This document shows positions 1 through 8,797 of a stretch of DNA of 64,000 bases, one piece after another. This stretch comes from an uncultured Candidatus Micrarchaeota archaeon (lineage in GTDB: Archaea; Micrarchaeota; Micrarchaeia; Burarchaeales; Fermentimicrarchaeaceae), in assembly GCA_903884505.1 (NCBI GenBank), contig CAISET010000036.1, positions 8,741-72,740 on the forward strand. Reading direction: 5' to 3'. The notes under the pieces were generated by a model. It ran no database searches and was not told the origin of the DNA. It saw only the letters and a program-made list of their open reading frames with translations. The translations under genes were made by a program, and so were the position numbers. Position 1 is the first letter of the stretch; each line of letters begins with the position of its first letter.

Positions 1-117
1 TAACCCTTTTCGGTTGGGCGCACCGCTCACGAGGTTCACCCGTTCGCTCTCACTTCGTTCGTGCGCCCATATCCTAAAAGCGTTAACGGAAAATTGCAAA
101 CGCGGAAGGGGGTTGAT

Positions 118-153
118 AGGTGAAGGTCGCGTGTTCAAATCACGCCGGGCCCG
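118..153 (+). tRNA. tRNA 3' portion only (anticodon-stem 3' strand through discriminator); the 5' partner is absent from the window
   Basis: Reads A-GGTGA-AGGTC-GCGTG-TTCAAAT-CACGC-CGGGCCC-G. This gives a variable loop, a canonical T-arm (G53 T54 T55 C56 ... C61) and an acceptor 3' strand. An 8-T tract follows. No GGG[CT][CT][CT]G acceptor 5' strand occurs in nt 1-117. Confidence 0.5.
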
Positions 154-158
154 CTCAA

Positions 159-166
159 TTTTTTTT
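159..166 (+). terminator. Oligo-T tract (8 T) directly after the tRNA-like 3' end
   Basis: TTTTTTTT lies 5 nt after the discriminator base. This is the typical archaeal oligo-T termination signal. Confidence 0.45.
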
Positions 167-169
167 CTG

Positions 170-925
170 ATGGTATTCATGGACAATCTCGGCACTGCAC
201 TCTCCAATGCAGTTGCAAAATCAATGGCTCCCAACGCGGGCATCCTGTTCTCCGGCGGCCTGGACAGCGCGGTCCTCGCCTTCCTGGCGAAGAAATCGGG
301 CGCAAATCCTCGCCTCATCACCGCAGGGACCGAAGATTCGGAAGACCTTGCCTTCGCAAGAAAAATCGCTTCTGAACTCGGGATGGAACTGGCGGAAAGG
401 GTCCTCTCGCCTCCTGAAATCCATAGCCTCTACCTCCGAACCGCCAAACTAACCGGCGAAACCAGCTTCATGAAAATCGAGCTGGGCCTTCTTCTCCTCT
501 CATGCTGCGAGCTCGCGCAGAAGAAGGGCATCCATCTCCTGATTTCCGGCAGCGGCGCCGAGGAGCTTTTCCTAGGCTACAAGATGCATTCCGAGAAGCA
601 TGCTGCAAGCGAAGACCTTGAGGAGTTGAGGAGAACGGAGCTTGCAGGGCTTCATGGAAAAGACCTAAAAAGAAGCGAGAAGATTGCAACGGCATGCGGA
701 GTGAGGCTTGCCCTCCCGTATCTGGACGATGCGGTGGTCGCGGCGGCATTGGCCATCCCTGCGGCAGACAATTTCAAAGGCGGCGAAAACAAGGCGGTTC
801 TAAGGAAGCTTGCAAGACAGATGGGCGTTCCGGAGTCCGCATGCTCTAGGCCCAAGCGCGCCATGCAGTACGGCTCGGGAATCCATTCCGAGCTCCAGCG
901 CCTAAGAAAAAGAAAACTGATTTAA
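170..925 (+). CDS. Asparagine-synthase-like PP-loop ATPase (adenine nucleotide alpha-hydrolase fold)
   Basis: PP-loop motif ILFSGGLDSAV and an AsnB-like C-terminus (KAVLRKLARQMGVPE..RPKRAMQYGSG). ORF 14..925 is trimmed to the ATG at 170 because the upstream part covers the tRNA-like element and the T-tract. Confidence 0.7.
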   Translation: MVFMDNLGTALSNAVAKSMAPNAGILFSGGLDSAVLAFLAKKSGANPRLITAGTEDSEDLAFARKIASELGMELAERVLSPPEIHSLYLRTAKLTGETSFMKIELGLLLLSCCELAQKKGIHLLISGSGAEELFLGYKMHSEKHAASEDLEELRRTELAGLHGKDLKRSEKIATACGVRLALPYLDDAVVAAALAIPAADNFKGGENKAVLRKLARQMGVPESACSRPKRAMQYGSGIHSELQRLRKRKLI

Positions 926-948
926 ACGCCGCCAGCCAAATCTTAACT

Positions 949-1629
949 ATGGCGAAGGAAGAGGATGAGTCCCTGATAGCGGGATTCCGCGTCTCGAAAA
1001 ACACAGCGCTAATCCTGGCCCTGGTGATACTCGTGGTAATACTCCTCGCAGCCTTCCTCGCATTCAGGATGATGACTGCGCAACCCCAGACCCCGCCGGT
1101 CAATGTGGGCGGGCTTCCGACACCGGCCCCATCACTCCCTCCCGGTACCAACGCCACTCCCGTCTCATACGGCGGCGCCAACTATTCAGTTAGCCCGCTT
1201 GTTTCCGAATACTCGGTTAGTTCCACGCCGCAGCTGGTGATAAACTGCAACAACATCCGAGTGGGGACATTCGCAAGCAAGGAGCAGTCCGGCGAAGTTC
1301 CCCCCGGGACCGAGAGGCAGGACCTCATCAACAGCCTTTGCAGCATAACCGGCAGGCAGGCGTTCTGCGCAAAGCGCGCCGAAGCCTATGCGGCCGGCAC
1401 CGTCCTGCCCGTGAACAAGCCCGCGTGCCAGGGGGCAAACGGGAAGGCAAGGCTCTATGCATTCCAAAGCCCAAGCTGCGGCAAGAGCTCGGACCAGCGC
1501 ACAATCCTTGACGAGCTTGCGGCTGAATTCCCGGGCGACATCGAGCTCATTTACGTCTGCACGCCAGTCTTCGCGAATGACGATGTGCTCTGCCCCAGAG
1601 AATTGGCGTCAGGCCAATACGGCGAATAA
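949..1629 (+). CDS. Membrane-anchored thioredoxin/DsbA-like protein with a degenerate active site
   Basis: N-terminal TM helix, a Pro/Thr-rich linker, then YAFQSPSCGKS at the position of a CxxC motif (SxxC). It is a paralogue of the next gene. Confidence 0.45.
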   Translation: MAKEEDESLIAGFRVSKNTALILALVILVVILLAAFLAFRMMTAQPQTPPVNVGGLPTPAPSLPPGTNATPVSYGGANYSVSPLVSEYSVSSTPQLVINCNNIRVGTFASKEQSGEVPPGTERQDLINSLCSITGRQAFCAKRAEAYAAGTVLPVNKPACQGANGKARLYAFQSPSCGKSSDQRTILDELAAEFPGDIELIYVCTPVFANDDVLCPRELASGQYGE

Positions 1630-1650
1630 CGGGTGAAAAGGTGAGAACAT

Positions 1651-2661
1651 ATGAAGAAAGTTGAGAATGAAAAATCTCCAGCAAAGGCGATGGTCACGTC
1701 TCTCCAGTATCTGACGCTCGCGCTTTCCGCAGTTGCAGTGATAATGCTGCTCGGGCTGCTCTTCATCTACCACCAGGCGCCGCCCCAGCCAACAACAACG
1801 CCCACGCCAACGCCGCAGCCATCCCCTTCCGTCTGCGCCTACGCAGCACCGGCGCACACCGCTGCAGAAGCGAAGGCCTACCTCTCCCGCGTAATGGCGG
1901 CCTACACGGAGATGATGCGCTCGCAGGTTCCCGACCCCACCTACGACGGCTGCGACAAAACCTGGAGCGCGGTCATCCGCATCCCGGCAACCGGCGGGGA
2001 GAGGCGCACCTACATCAGAATAAACGATACGCCTGCGCTCATGCTCGACAACACATATCTCGAAATCGTGAAGCCCTCCTATGTCACCGAAGACCGCGTG
2101 CTAACGAACGGCACAATCCTCCTTGCCAACAAGATTAACTGCTCGAATGGCTCGCTCGTGCGCATGATGGAGTTCTCCGACCCCTATTGCCCATCCTGCA
2201 TACTCGGGGACCAGCTCATAGACCCGTTCAGGCGCCAGTTCAATTCGTCGCTGGACTTCGACTACCACGTCCTGCCCTCAACCATGCAGGCTATGGAGAA
2301 CAACTACGGCCGAGAGGACGTGAACCGCATCGCCTACTACATCATCTGCGCGCAGAAGCAGCAGCTCCTCGACGACTTCAAGCCCTGCGCAGTCAGGAAG
2401 TACCAGTCCAAGGGCGTTGCTGCGCCGCTCACAAAAGACGAGCTTGACGCCTGCCTCCCCTCCTCGCTCAACAGGACCGAGTTCGACGCCTGCCTCCTGA
2501 ATGCGCCCCGCGACCTGGCGTTCGACAAGAGCATGGCCGAAACCTATGGCGTCTCAGAGACTCCGATGGTCCTCTTCGACTGCCAATACCGCGTGCTGCC
2601 GGAGTTCATTAAGACCGGTTTCTGCTACACGCACCCGACCGCTGCCGGCTGCATACAATAG
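1651..2661 (+). CDS. Membrane-anchored DsbA-like thiol:disulfide oxidoreductase
   Basis: N-terminal TM helix, a PPQPTTTPTPTPQPSPS linker and EFSDPYCPSC (CPSC redox motif). Confidence 0.6.
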   Translation: MKKVENEKSPAKAMVTSLQYLTLALSAVAVIMLLGLLFIYHQAPPQPTTTPTPTPQPSPSVCAYAAPAHTAAEAKAYLSRVMAAYTEMMRSQVPDPTYDGCDKTWSAVIRIPATGGERRTYIRINDTPALMLDNTYLEIVKPSYVTEDRVLTNGTILLANKINCSNGSLVRMMEFSDPYCPSCILGDQLIDPFRRQFNSSLDFDYHVLPSTMQAMENNYGREDVNRIAYYIICAQKQQLLDDFKPCAVRKYQSKGVAAPLTKDELDACLPSSLNRTEFDACLLNAPRDLAFDKSMAETYGVSETPMVLFDCQYRVLPEFIKTGFCYTHPTAAGCIQ

Positions 2662-2710
2662 AATCAGAGGCCCGAACAGGGTTCTGCCCGCCCGTTGCCG
2701 CGCAGTAAAA

Positions 2711-3376
2711 TCAGAGGTCCAGCACTTCAACGATGTCGTCGAGCACGACTTCGGTGTTCACGCAGCCCGACTTCCTCAGGAGGACCGCCTGCGTGGGGAC
2801 GTTGTTTGTCTTCAGCTTCTCAAGGGCCATCTGTATCTCGTTGAAGCATGCGATTCCCACGATTGCCTTGGGTCTGTGCTTCAGGATGAGGTTCTGCACC
2901 TGCGAGCCGCCCCCGCACATGTACCACTTCATCCCGCGCTTCTCGCATTCTGCGGTAATCTTCCCAATCACGCACCTTCCGCACTTCTGGCAGTGGTAGC
3001 CGTCCTCGTCTATGGGCGCCACGCAGTTCTTCGCATCCCTCAGGCAGTGCGGTATGAAAACAATCCGCTCATCCCTCGGCACCCGCTTGAAGAACTCCCT
3101 CTGCAGGTTATTCTGCACCTCAATGCTCGTGAGCTGCACCCACTTCTCATCAACAAGCCCCGTCCTCCTCGCAATCTCGGCAACAACCGAATTCGCGGGC
3201 GTGTTCAGGCCGAAGACCACCACCCTTGAGACTATCGCCTTCAGCCTCCTGCGCATGTCCTCGATGTCTTCCTTCACGCCCACCCTAATCTCGGGCTTGA
3301 GCTCCTCAGCCTTAGAATCAGCAACTCCCATTACGCTGACTGCATCCTCTTTCAGCAATGCCTTTTCCTCAGCCAT
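2711..3376 (-). CDS. DUF116-family Cys-rich protein
   Basis: VFIPHCLRD..C....GYHCQKCGRC..GK...E.....Y.CGGGS...L pattern. Start set at the ATG at 3376 (MAEEKALL), 4 nt after the flpA stop. The longer ORF would overlap flpA. Confidence 0.6.
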   Translation of the reverse strand: MAEEKALLKEDAVSVMGVADSKAEELKPEIRVGVKEDIEDMRRRLKAIVSRVVVFGLNTPANSVVAEIARRTGLVDEKWVQLTSIEVQNNLQREFFKRVPRDERIVFIPHCLRDAKNCVAPIDEDGYHCQKCGRCVIGKITAECEKRGMKWYMCGGGSQVQNLILKHRPKAIVGIACFNEIQMALEKLKTNNVPTQAVLLRKSGCVNTEVVLDDIVEVLDL

Positions 3377-3380
3377 AATC

Positions 3381-4052
3381 TCACTTGAATTTTGCGAGCA
3401 GGAACAGGTGGTCCTTGTCGAACGGCTGCAAATCCATGCGTTCGAGAATCTCAAACGACCCTTCCAGCTCCGCAATCACCTTCTCATACGTCTTCTTCGG
3501 CTGCTCGGCGACATCTATTGACTGTGACTTTATCGCAAACATCGCCCAGCCGCCCTTTTTGAGGAATGCGCGCGCGTTCGCGAGCAGGATTCCCGCCTGC
3601 GAAGGGTCCGCCACATCCTCGTATATTACATCCACTTTCCCCTTAATATACTTCGCGTAATCCTCGGGCCTGCGCGCATCTGCCATCACTGGCAGCATGT
3701 TCTTCCGCACTTCGCAGACCCCGAGCAGGTCCCTCATGCTCCTGGGCGCAAATTCCACGCAATAAACAAGGCCTTTCTCCCCAACAATATCGCTCACATG
3801 GCTCGCCGTCGTCCCGCTCGCAGCCCCCAGGTAGAGGACGTTCGAGCCTCCGGCGATCGGCATCTCCCGCAGGCCCTTCAGAATCGCTGCGGACAATTTG
3901 CTGCGATAGGGGTCCCAGAGGCGGTATTCATCCTTCCCAACTTTTTCCGTCCTCTCCCCGTACACCCTTGTCCCGGGCGCAAAGCTCTTTGTGGCAACCT
4001 TCCCGCTGACCTGGAAGACTCCCTCAAACCTCTTCTCAACCATCCCAATCAC
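3381..4052 (-). CDS. flpA: Fibrillarin-like rRNA/tRNA 2'-O-methyltransferase
   Basis: YRLWDPYRSKLSAAI, VLYLGAASGTTASHVSDIV and VYCVEFAPR motifs. GTG start at 4052 or ATG at 4043. Confidence 0.9.
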   Translation of the reverse strand: MIGMVEKRFEGVFQVSGKVATKSFAPGTRVYGERTEKVGKDEYRLWDPYRSKLSAAILKGLREMPIAGGSNVLYLGAASGTTASHVSDIVGEKGLVYCVEFAPRSMRDLLGVCEVRKNMLPVMADARRPEDYAKYIKGKVDVIYEDVADPSQAGILLANARAFLKKGGWAMFAIKSQSIDVAEQPKKTYEKVIAELEGSFEILERMDLQPFDKDHLFLLAKFK

Positions 4053-4059
4053 AAAACTA

Positions 4060-4134
4060 CGGGCCCGACGGGATTCGAACCCGTGACTTCCTGATTAAAA
4101 GTCAGGCACTCTAGCCAAGCTGAGTTACGGGCCC
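4060..4134 (-). tRNA. tRNA-Lys (anticodon UUU)
   Basis: Reverse complement is GGGCCCGTAACTCAGCTTGGCTAGAGTGCCTGACTTTTAATCAGGAAGTCACGGGTTCGAATCCCGTCGGGCCCG. It folds as a cloverleaf with anticodon loop CTTTTAA. CCA is not encoded. Confidence 0.9.
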
Positions 4135-4159
4135 GTGAAAGGTAGAATAAGAAAAACCC

Positions 4160-4169
4160 GTTTAATATA
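4160..4169 (-). promoter_or_regulatory. TATA-like box for tRNA-Lys (minus-strand TATATTAAAC)
   Basis: Lies 26-35 nt upstream of the tRNA 5' end and overlaps the stop codon of the KaiC-like gene. Confidence 0.4.
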
Positions 4170-4866
4170 CCTTCTCGCCCTCGTACACCCTGACGCCGGA
4201 GCTGGTTATCGCGATGGGAACGAGGTCCGTTGAGTGGTCCGTGCCCCTCATCTTTATCACCTCGAGCGCCCTCACCCTTTTCTCCTGCTTCTCCAGCTTG
4301 TACAGGGCAATTACGCCGTCGGCAACGTACTGCGCCAGCGGGTACTTCATCTTCGTGCTCTCGCCTGTCGGCAGCTCGTGCGTGATTAGCGTGGTGCACT
4401 CCATTCCCGAAAGGTAGGTCATCATGTCGAAGAGCCTCTTCCTGTACTCGTGCGGCTTGTCGAAGTAGAGCTCCATGACCGAGAGCGAGTCTATGACGCA
4501 CCTCGTTGTCTTGAACTGCGAAACATACGTGGTAATCGTATCTATGAACTGCTCATAGGTCCACTTGTCAATCTTCGTGACATTGATATTCTTCTTCTTT
4601 ATGTGGTCGCGGAACCCCGTCCATCCGGGAAAGGCAGCCGCACAGTTGTCTATTATCCTCTCGGGCTTCTCCTCCAGGGAGATGAAAAGCCCCTTCTCCC
4701 CGTCCTGTGCGCCCTGGTACAGGAACTGCATGCAGAAGCTCGTCTTCCCGGTTCCGGGCCCGCCCGTCACAAGCACGTTCTGCTTGGGTGGCAATCCGCC
4801 ATTCAGCATCTTGTCCAGCCCGCTTATCCCAGTCGATATCCTTTCATTTTTTGCCATATTCACCAC
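4162..4866 (-). CDS. KaiC-like / RecA-superfamily ATPase (single domain)
   Basis: ISTGISGLDKMLNGGLP, Walker A GGPGTGKTSF and FISLEE; it ends ...LEVIKMRGTDH. GTG start at 4866 or ATG at 4857. Confidence 0.75.
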   Translation of the reverse strand: MVNMAKNERISTGISGLDKMLNGGLPPKQNVLVTGGPGTGKTSFCMQFLYQGAQDGEKGLFISLEEKPERIIDNCAAAFPGWTGFRDHIKKKNINVTKIDKWTYEQFIDTITTYVSQFKTTRCVIDSLSVMELYFDKPHEYRKRLFDMMTYLSGMECTTLITHELPTGESTKMKYPLAQYVADGVIALYKLEKQEKRVRALEVIKMRGTDHSTDLVPIAITSSGVRVYEGEKVY

Positions 4867-4901
4867 TTAGCGCAATAGCCCAGTTCTATGCCGTCTCGTG
4901 T

Positions 4902-4909
4902 TATTTAAA
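4902..4909 (-). promoter_or_regulatory. TATA box (minus-strand TTTAAATA) upstream of the KaiC-like gene
   Basis: Perfect match to the consensus-like TTTAAATA, about 37-50 nt upstream of the candidate start codons. Confidence 0.4.
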
Positions 4910-4918
4910 TTGCTTGCT

Positions 4919-6577
4919 TTATGCCTGTTTCTTCAGCTTGTCCTCGAGCTCCGCAACCTTCTCATCAGAGACTTTCGCGAAAAGTGGCTTCGCCTCGCCG
5001 ATTGCGGTGCCGGGCTTCAGCAGCTCAACTCCGATATTCTCCCATCTGAGCAGCCCCCTGTCAACTTCCAGCATGTCGAAAATGCGCCTTGAGGTGAATG
5101 GGAGGAACGGCTCAAGAAGGATTGCGAGCGTGGTGACTCCTCGTGTGGAGATGCAAAGGCAGTTGCCGACCTTCTCCCTGCTCTTCTCCTTCCAGGGCTC
5201 CTTAGCGCTCAGGTATTTGTTGAGTTCTGCGGAAAGGGCGAGGATTTCTTCGAGCGCGGAGCGCAATTCAATCTTCTCCATCTTCCCCGCAACCGAGTCG
5301 CGCGCCTTCACCAGGCTGTCAAGCAGCTCAGCGTCTTTTTCATCCGGGTTCTTCAACTCGGGAATCTTCCCGTCGCAGGATTTGCGCAGCAGGATGAGCG
5401 TCCTGTGGATGAAGTTCCCCACGTTCGCAACCAATTCGTTGTTGATTTTCTGCTGGAAATCCTTCCAGTAGAAATCCGCGTCCTGCACATCATAGCCCGT
5501 GATTGCGGTCTCGTAGTAGCGCAGGTAGTCTGGCGGGAATTCAGCGAGGAAGTCTCCGAGGGAGACGAACCAGTTCTTTGATTTGCTGAACTTCCTCCCC
5601 TCCAGGTTCAGGTAGCCCCTTGTTGGGATGAAGTCCGGGAGGCGGAAGCCATCGTCAATTCCCATGAGCATCGCCGGCCAGAAGAGGTAATGGTGGTAGA
5701 TAATGTCCTTACCGATGAAATGGTAAATCTTCGTGGAATCGCCCTTCCAGTAGTCCTCCCAGCGCGCACCCTTCGCTTTTGACCATGCCACGGTCGAGCT
5801 CACATATCCTATAGGCGCGTCAAACCACACGTAGAATACCATCCCCTTCTCGCCAGGCACCGGCACGCCCCAGTTCATATCCCTTGAAATATCCCAGTCA
5901 ATTAGCCCCTGCTTCACCCAGTTCGCAACATAGTTGGTGACCTCGGGCTGCAAGTTCTTGTTCACCTTCAGCCAGTCCGCGAGCCTCTCCGAGAACGCGG
6001 AGAGCCTGAGGAAGTAATGCTTGGACCTCTTCGCAGACGGCGTGCTCTTGCAGGTTATGCATTTCGGCTCCTTCAGCTCCCCGATGTGAAGCGCCTTCCC
6101 GCAGTTCTCGCAGTAGTCGGAATAGATTCCCTGCGCGCCGCAGTGCGGGCAGGTGCCGACAACGAAGCGGTCAGGGAGGAACCTCTTGCAGTTCGGGCAG
6201 AAGGGAGCCTCGACCTCCTTCGTGTAGATGTGGCCGTTCTGCTTCAGCCTGTTGAAGAAATGCTGCGCCATCAACTTATTCTCCTCGCTGCTCGTCCTGT
6301 GGAAGATGTCGAACGAGAAGCCCAGCCTCTCGAACTCCTCCTTGTCCTTCTCGTGGTAGGCGTCAACGAACTCCTGGGGCGTGGTCTTCGCCTTCTCCGC
6401 TGCGGCGACAATCGGCGTGCCGTGCTCGTCGCTCGCGCAGATGTAAATGGCATCCCTTCCCCGCAGCCTCTGATAGCGGGCGAATGTGTCCGCCGGAAGG
6501 TAGGTGGAGCGTATGTGCCCCAGATGGAGCGGGCCGTTCGCGTAAGGCAGCGCGGCCGTAATCAGTATTTTGGGCAT
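4919..6577 (-). CDS. metG: Methionyl-tRNA synthetase
   Basis: ITAALPYANGPLHLGHI (HIGH), KFSKSK (KMSKS) and a Zn knuckle CPHCG...CENCG. Start trimmed to the ATG at 6577 (MPKILIT). Confidence 0.9.
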   Translation of the reverse strand: MPKILITAALPYANGPLHLGHIRSTYLPADTFARYQRLRGRDAIYICASDEHGTPIVAAAEKAKTTPQEFVDAYHEKDKEEFERLGFSFDIFHRTSSEENKLMAQHFFNRLKQNGHIYTKEVEAPFCPNCKRFLPDRFVVGTCPHCGAQGIYSDYCENCGKALHIGELKEPKCITCKSTPSAKRSKHYFLRLSAFSERLADWLKVNKNLQPEVTNYVANWVKQGLIDWDISRDMNWGVPVPGEKGMVFYVWFDAPIGYVSSTVAWSKAKGARWEDYWKGDSTKIYHFIGKDIIYHHYLFWPAMLMGIDDGFRLPDFIPTRGYLNLEGRKFSKSKNWFVSLGDFLAEFPPDYLRYYETAITGYDVQDADFYWKDFQQKINNELVANVGNFIHRTLILLRKSCDGKIPELKNPDEKDAELLDSLVKARDSVAGKMEKIELRSALEEILALSAELNKYLSAKEPWKEKSREKVGNCLCISTRGVTTLAILLEPFLPFTSRRIFDMLEVDRGLLRWENIGVELLKPGTAIGEAKPLFAKVSDEKVAELEDKLKKQA

Positions 6578-6599
6578 GTAAAGGCTTTTCGCGGGAGGG

Positions 6600-6606
6600 T
6601 TTAAAT
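6600..6606 (-). promoter_or_regulatory. TATA-like element for metG
   Basis: TTTAAAT lies about 25 nt upstream of the ATG at 6577, consistent with a leaderless mRNA. Confidence 0.35.
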
Positions 6607-6647
6607 CCCATCCTGGCGCACTGGAAACCACCGGCAGCGGAAAGCTA

Positions 6648-6655
6648 TTTATAAA
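6648..6655 (+). promoter_or_regulatory. TATA box (TTTATAAA) for mcm
   Basis: Sits in the divergent metG/mcm spacer, about 42 nt upstream of the ATG at 6697. Confidence 0.4.
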
Positions 6656-6696
6656 CGCGCGCCAAATAGACTACAGGTCTCGATTTCTCGTCGGGA

Positions 6697-8793
6697 ATGG
6701 TCGCAATGGCAGCTGAAGTCACCCCGCTAGCAGAGTCGTTCGAGGAGTTCTTCAGGAGCTATTACGCTGACAAGATAACCAAGCTCGCCGAGGCCTACCC
6801 CGAGAAAAAGAGCCTCGAGGTCGCCTATTCAGACCTGGAGAAGTTCTCCCCCCAGCTTGCGGACGAATTGCTTGAGCAGCCCGACGCCATACTCGAATCC
6901 GCGGAGACCGCGCTGAAGGGGATGCCCGTGCAGGTGCTCCCGGACGTGAAGTTCGAGCCGCACGTCAGGTTCTTCGGGCTTCCTGCTTCCGATTATGTGA
7001 GGGTCGAGTCAATAGGCGCGGCCCACATCGGAAAGCTCATCGCGGTAGACTGCATGGTCACGAAGAGGACCGAGATAAGGCCAAAGGTGCGAATCGCCCT
7101 CCTGAAGTGCAGGCTCTGCGACGCAAGGTTCAAGATTCCGATGGAGAAGAACACGGTGCTCCCGGAGATTTGCGAGAGCTGCAAGAGGCGTGCGCTAATC
7201 CAGGATGAGGAAGGCTCGTTCTTCGTCGATTTGCAGAAATCCGAGGCGCAGGAGCCTCTCGAGCACCTGAGAGGAGGCGCGCCTGCAACCCACATCGAGC
7301 TTTGGGTCGAGGATGACATGGTGAACTCCTTCTTCCCGGGGCAGAGGCTCATGGTGACCGGAATCCTGAGGATAAGGCCGCCCACGCCAGTCAAGGGGAG
7401 GTCCATCTCCAAGCTCATCTACTCCAAATTCCTTGAAGTGATGCACATACAGAAGATTGAGAAGGAGTTCGAGGAGGTTGACATCTCCCCCGAGGACAAG
7501 AAGAAAATAATCGCGCTCTCGAAGGATCCTGAGGTCTACCAGAAAATCTCCAAATCAATAGCTCCCTCCATCTACGGGCATGATGAGGTGAAGGAGGCGC
7601 TCGCGCTCCAGCTCTTCGGCGGGACGCCTGACAAGTTCACGGTTGACGGAGGAAGAATAAGGAATGACATCCATATTTTGCTCATCGGAGACCCGGGCGC
7701 GGCTAAGACGCGCTTGCTGCAATACATCGCAAGGCTCGCGCCCAAATCCGTCTATGTGAGCGGAAAGTCGGTCACTGGAACGGGATTGACTGCCTCAGCA
7801 GAAAGGGACGACCTCGCGGAAGGGGGCTGGACCCTGAAGGCAGGCGCGCTGGTCCTCGCATCGCAGGGAATCGCCGCGGTTGACGAGTTCGACAAGATAG
7901 AGGACACGGAACGCGCGGCCATGCACGAGGTCATGGAGAGCGGCACTGTCTCGGTTGCCAAGGCGGGAATAGTCGCGAGGTTCAATGCCAAGACCGCAAT
8001 CCTCGCAGCGGCGAACCCGAAGTTCGGCAGGTTCGACCCTAACATGTACCCCGCGCAGCAGTTCGATGTGCCGCCCACGCTGCTTTCCCGCTTCGATTTA
8101 ATCTTCCCGATGAGGGACGTCCTGGACGAGGAGAAGGACAAGCGGATGGCGGACCACATACTTCTGCAGCACATGCTCGGCAGCGGAAAGGTCTCGGCGG
8201 AGATGGCGCAGGGAAGGTCGCTCGATGAGATTGCGCCGCCGCTTGAGATGGACCTGCTGAGGAAATACATCGCCTACGCGCGCAAGAACGTCCAGCCAAT
8301 CCTCACGCAGGAGGCGAACGACAAGCTCAAGGATTTCTACGTGGAGCTGAGGAAGACCGGCGCGCAGCAGGGTGTCGTGCCGATAACCGCAAGGTACATC
8401 GAAGGCCTTGTGAGGCTGAGCGAGGCGAGCGCGAAGACGAGGCTGAGCCCCAAGGTGGAGCTCTCGGACGCGCAGAGGGCGATAAAGCTCGTCGATTTCG
8501 TCCTCAGGACCACTATGATGGACAAGTCCCTCGGAATCATCGATTCGGACATCATAGCAACCGGGCAGCCGAAATCGCGTGTGGACAAGCTCAGGACCGT
8601 CCTGGACATAATCCGCGAGCTGGAGAAGGAGTTTGACATCGTCGCGGTGGAGCGCGTGATTGAGGATGCCAAGCGCTACGACATCGACGAGCAGGACTGC
8701 CGGCGATACATCGACGAGCTGCTCAGGAAGACCTCCGACCTCTACGAGCCCAAGCACGGATTCGTGAAAATCGTGAGGCAGAAAGTGGATTGA
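6697..8793 (+). CDS. mcm: Minichromosome maintenance (MCM) replicative helicase
   Basis: Zn finger CRLCDA...CESCKRR, Walker A LLIGDPGAAKT, Walker B AVDEFDK and arginine finger SRFDLIF. No intein is present. Confidence 0.95.
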   Translation: MVAMAAEVTPLAESFEEFFRSYYADKITKLAEAYPEKKSLEVAYSDLEKFSPQLADELLEQPDAILESAETALKGMPVQVLPDVKFEPHVRFFGLPASDYVRVESIGAAHIGKLIAVDCMVTKRTEIRPKVRIALLKCRLCDARFKIPMEKNTVLPEICESCKRRALIQDEEGSFFVDLQKSEAQEPLEHLRGGAPATHIELWVEDDMVNSFFPGQRLMVTGILRIRPPTPVKGRSISKLIYSKFLEVMHIQKIEKEFEEVDISPEDKKKIIALSKDPEVYQKISKSIAPSIYGHDEVKEALALQLFGGTPDKFTVDGGRIRNDIHILLIGDPGAAKTRLLQYIARLAPKSVYVSGKSVTGTGLTASAERDDLAEGGWTLKAGALVLASQGIAAVDEFDKIEDTERAAMHEVMESGTVSVAKAGIVARFNAKTAILAAANPKFGRFDPNMYPAQQFDVPPTLLSRFDLIFPMRDVLDEEKDKRMADHILLQHMLGSGKVSAEMAQGRSLDEIAPPLEMDLLRKYIAYARKNVQPILTQEANDKLKDFYVELRKTGAQQGVVPITARYIEGLVRLSEASAKTRLSPKVELSDAQRAIKLVDFVLRTTMMDKSLGIIDSDIIATGQPKSRVDKLRTVLDIIRELEKEFDIVAVERVIEDAKRYDIDEQDCRRYIDELLRKTSDLYEPKHGFVKIVRQKVD

Positions 8794-8797
8794 TGCC

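Noticed and set aside
14-169. N-terminal 52-codon extension of ORF 14..925
   Set aside because: It would translate through a tRNA-like T-arm/acceptor sequence and an 8-T terminator. The PP-loop protein has a good ATG at 170.
2662-2717. 9-nt direct repeat AATCAGAGG at both ends of the convergent spacer 2662-2717
   Set aside because: It is too short to distinguish from chance. No associated stem-loop or T-tract supports a terminator role.
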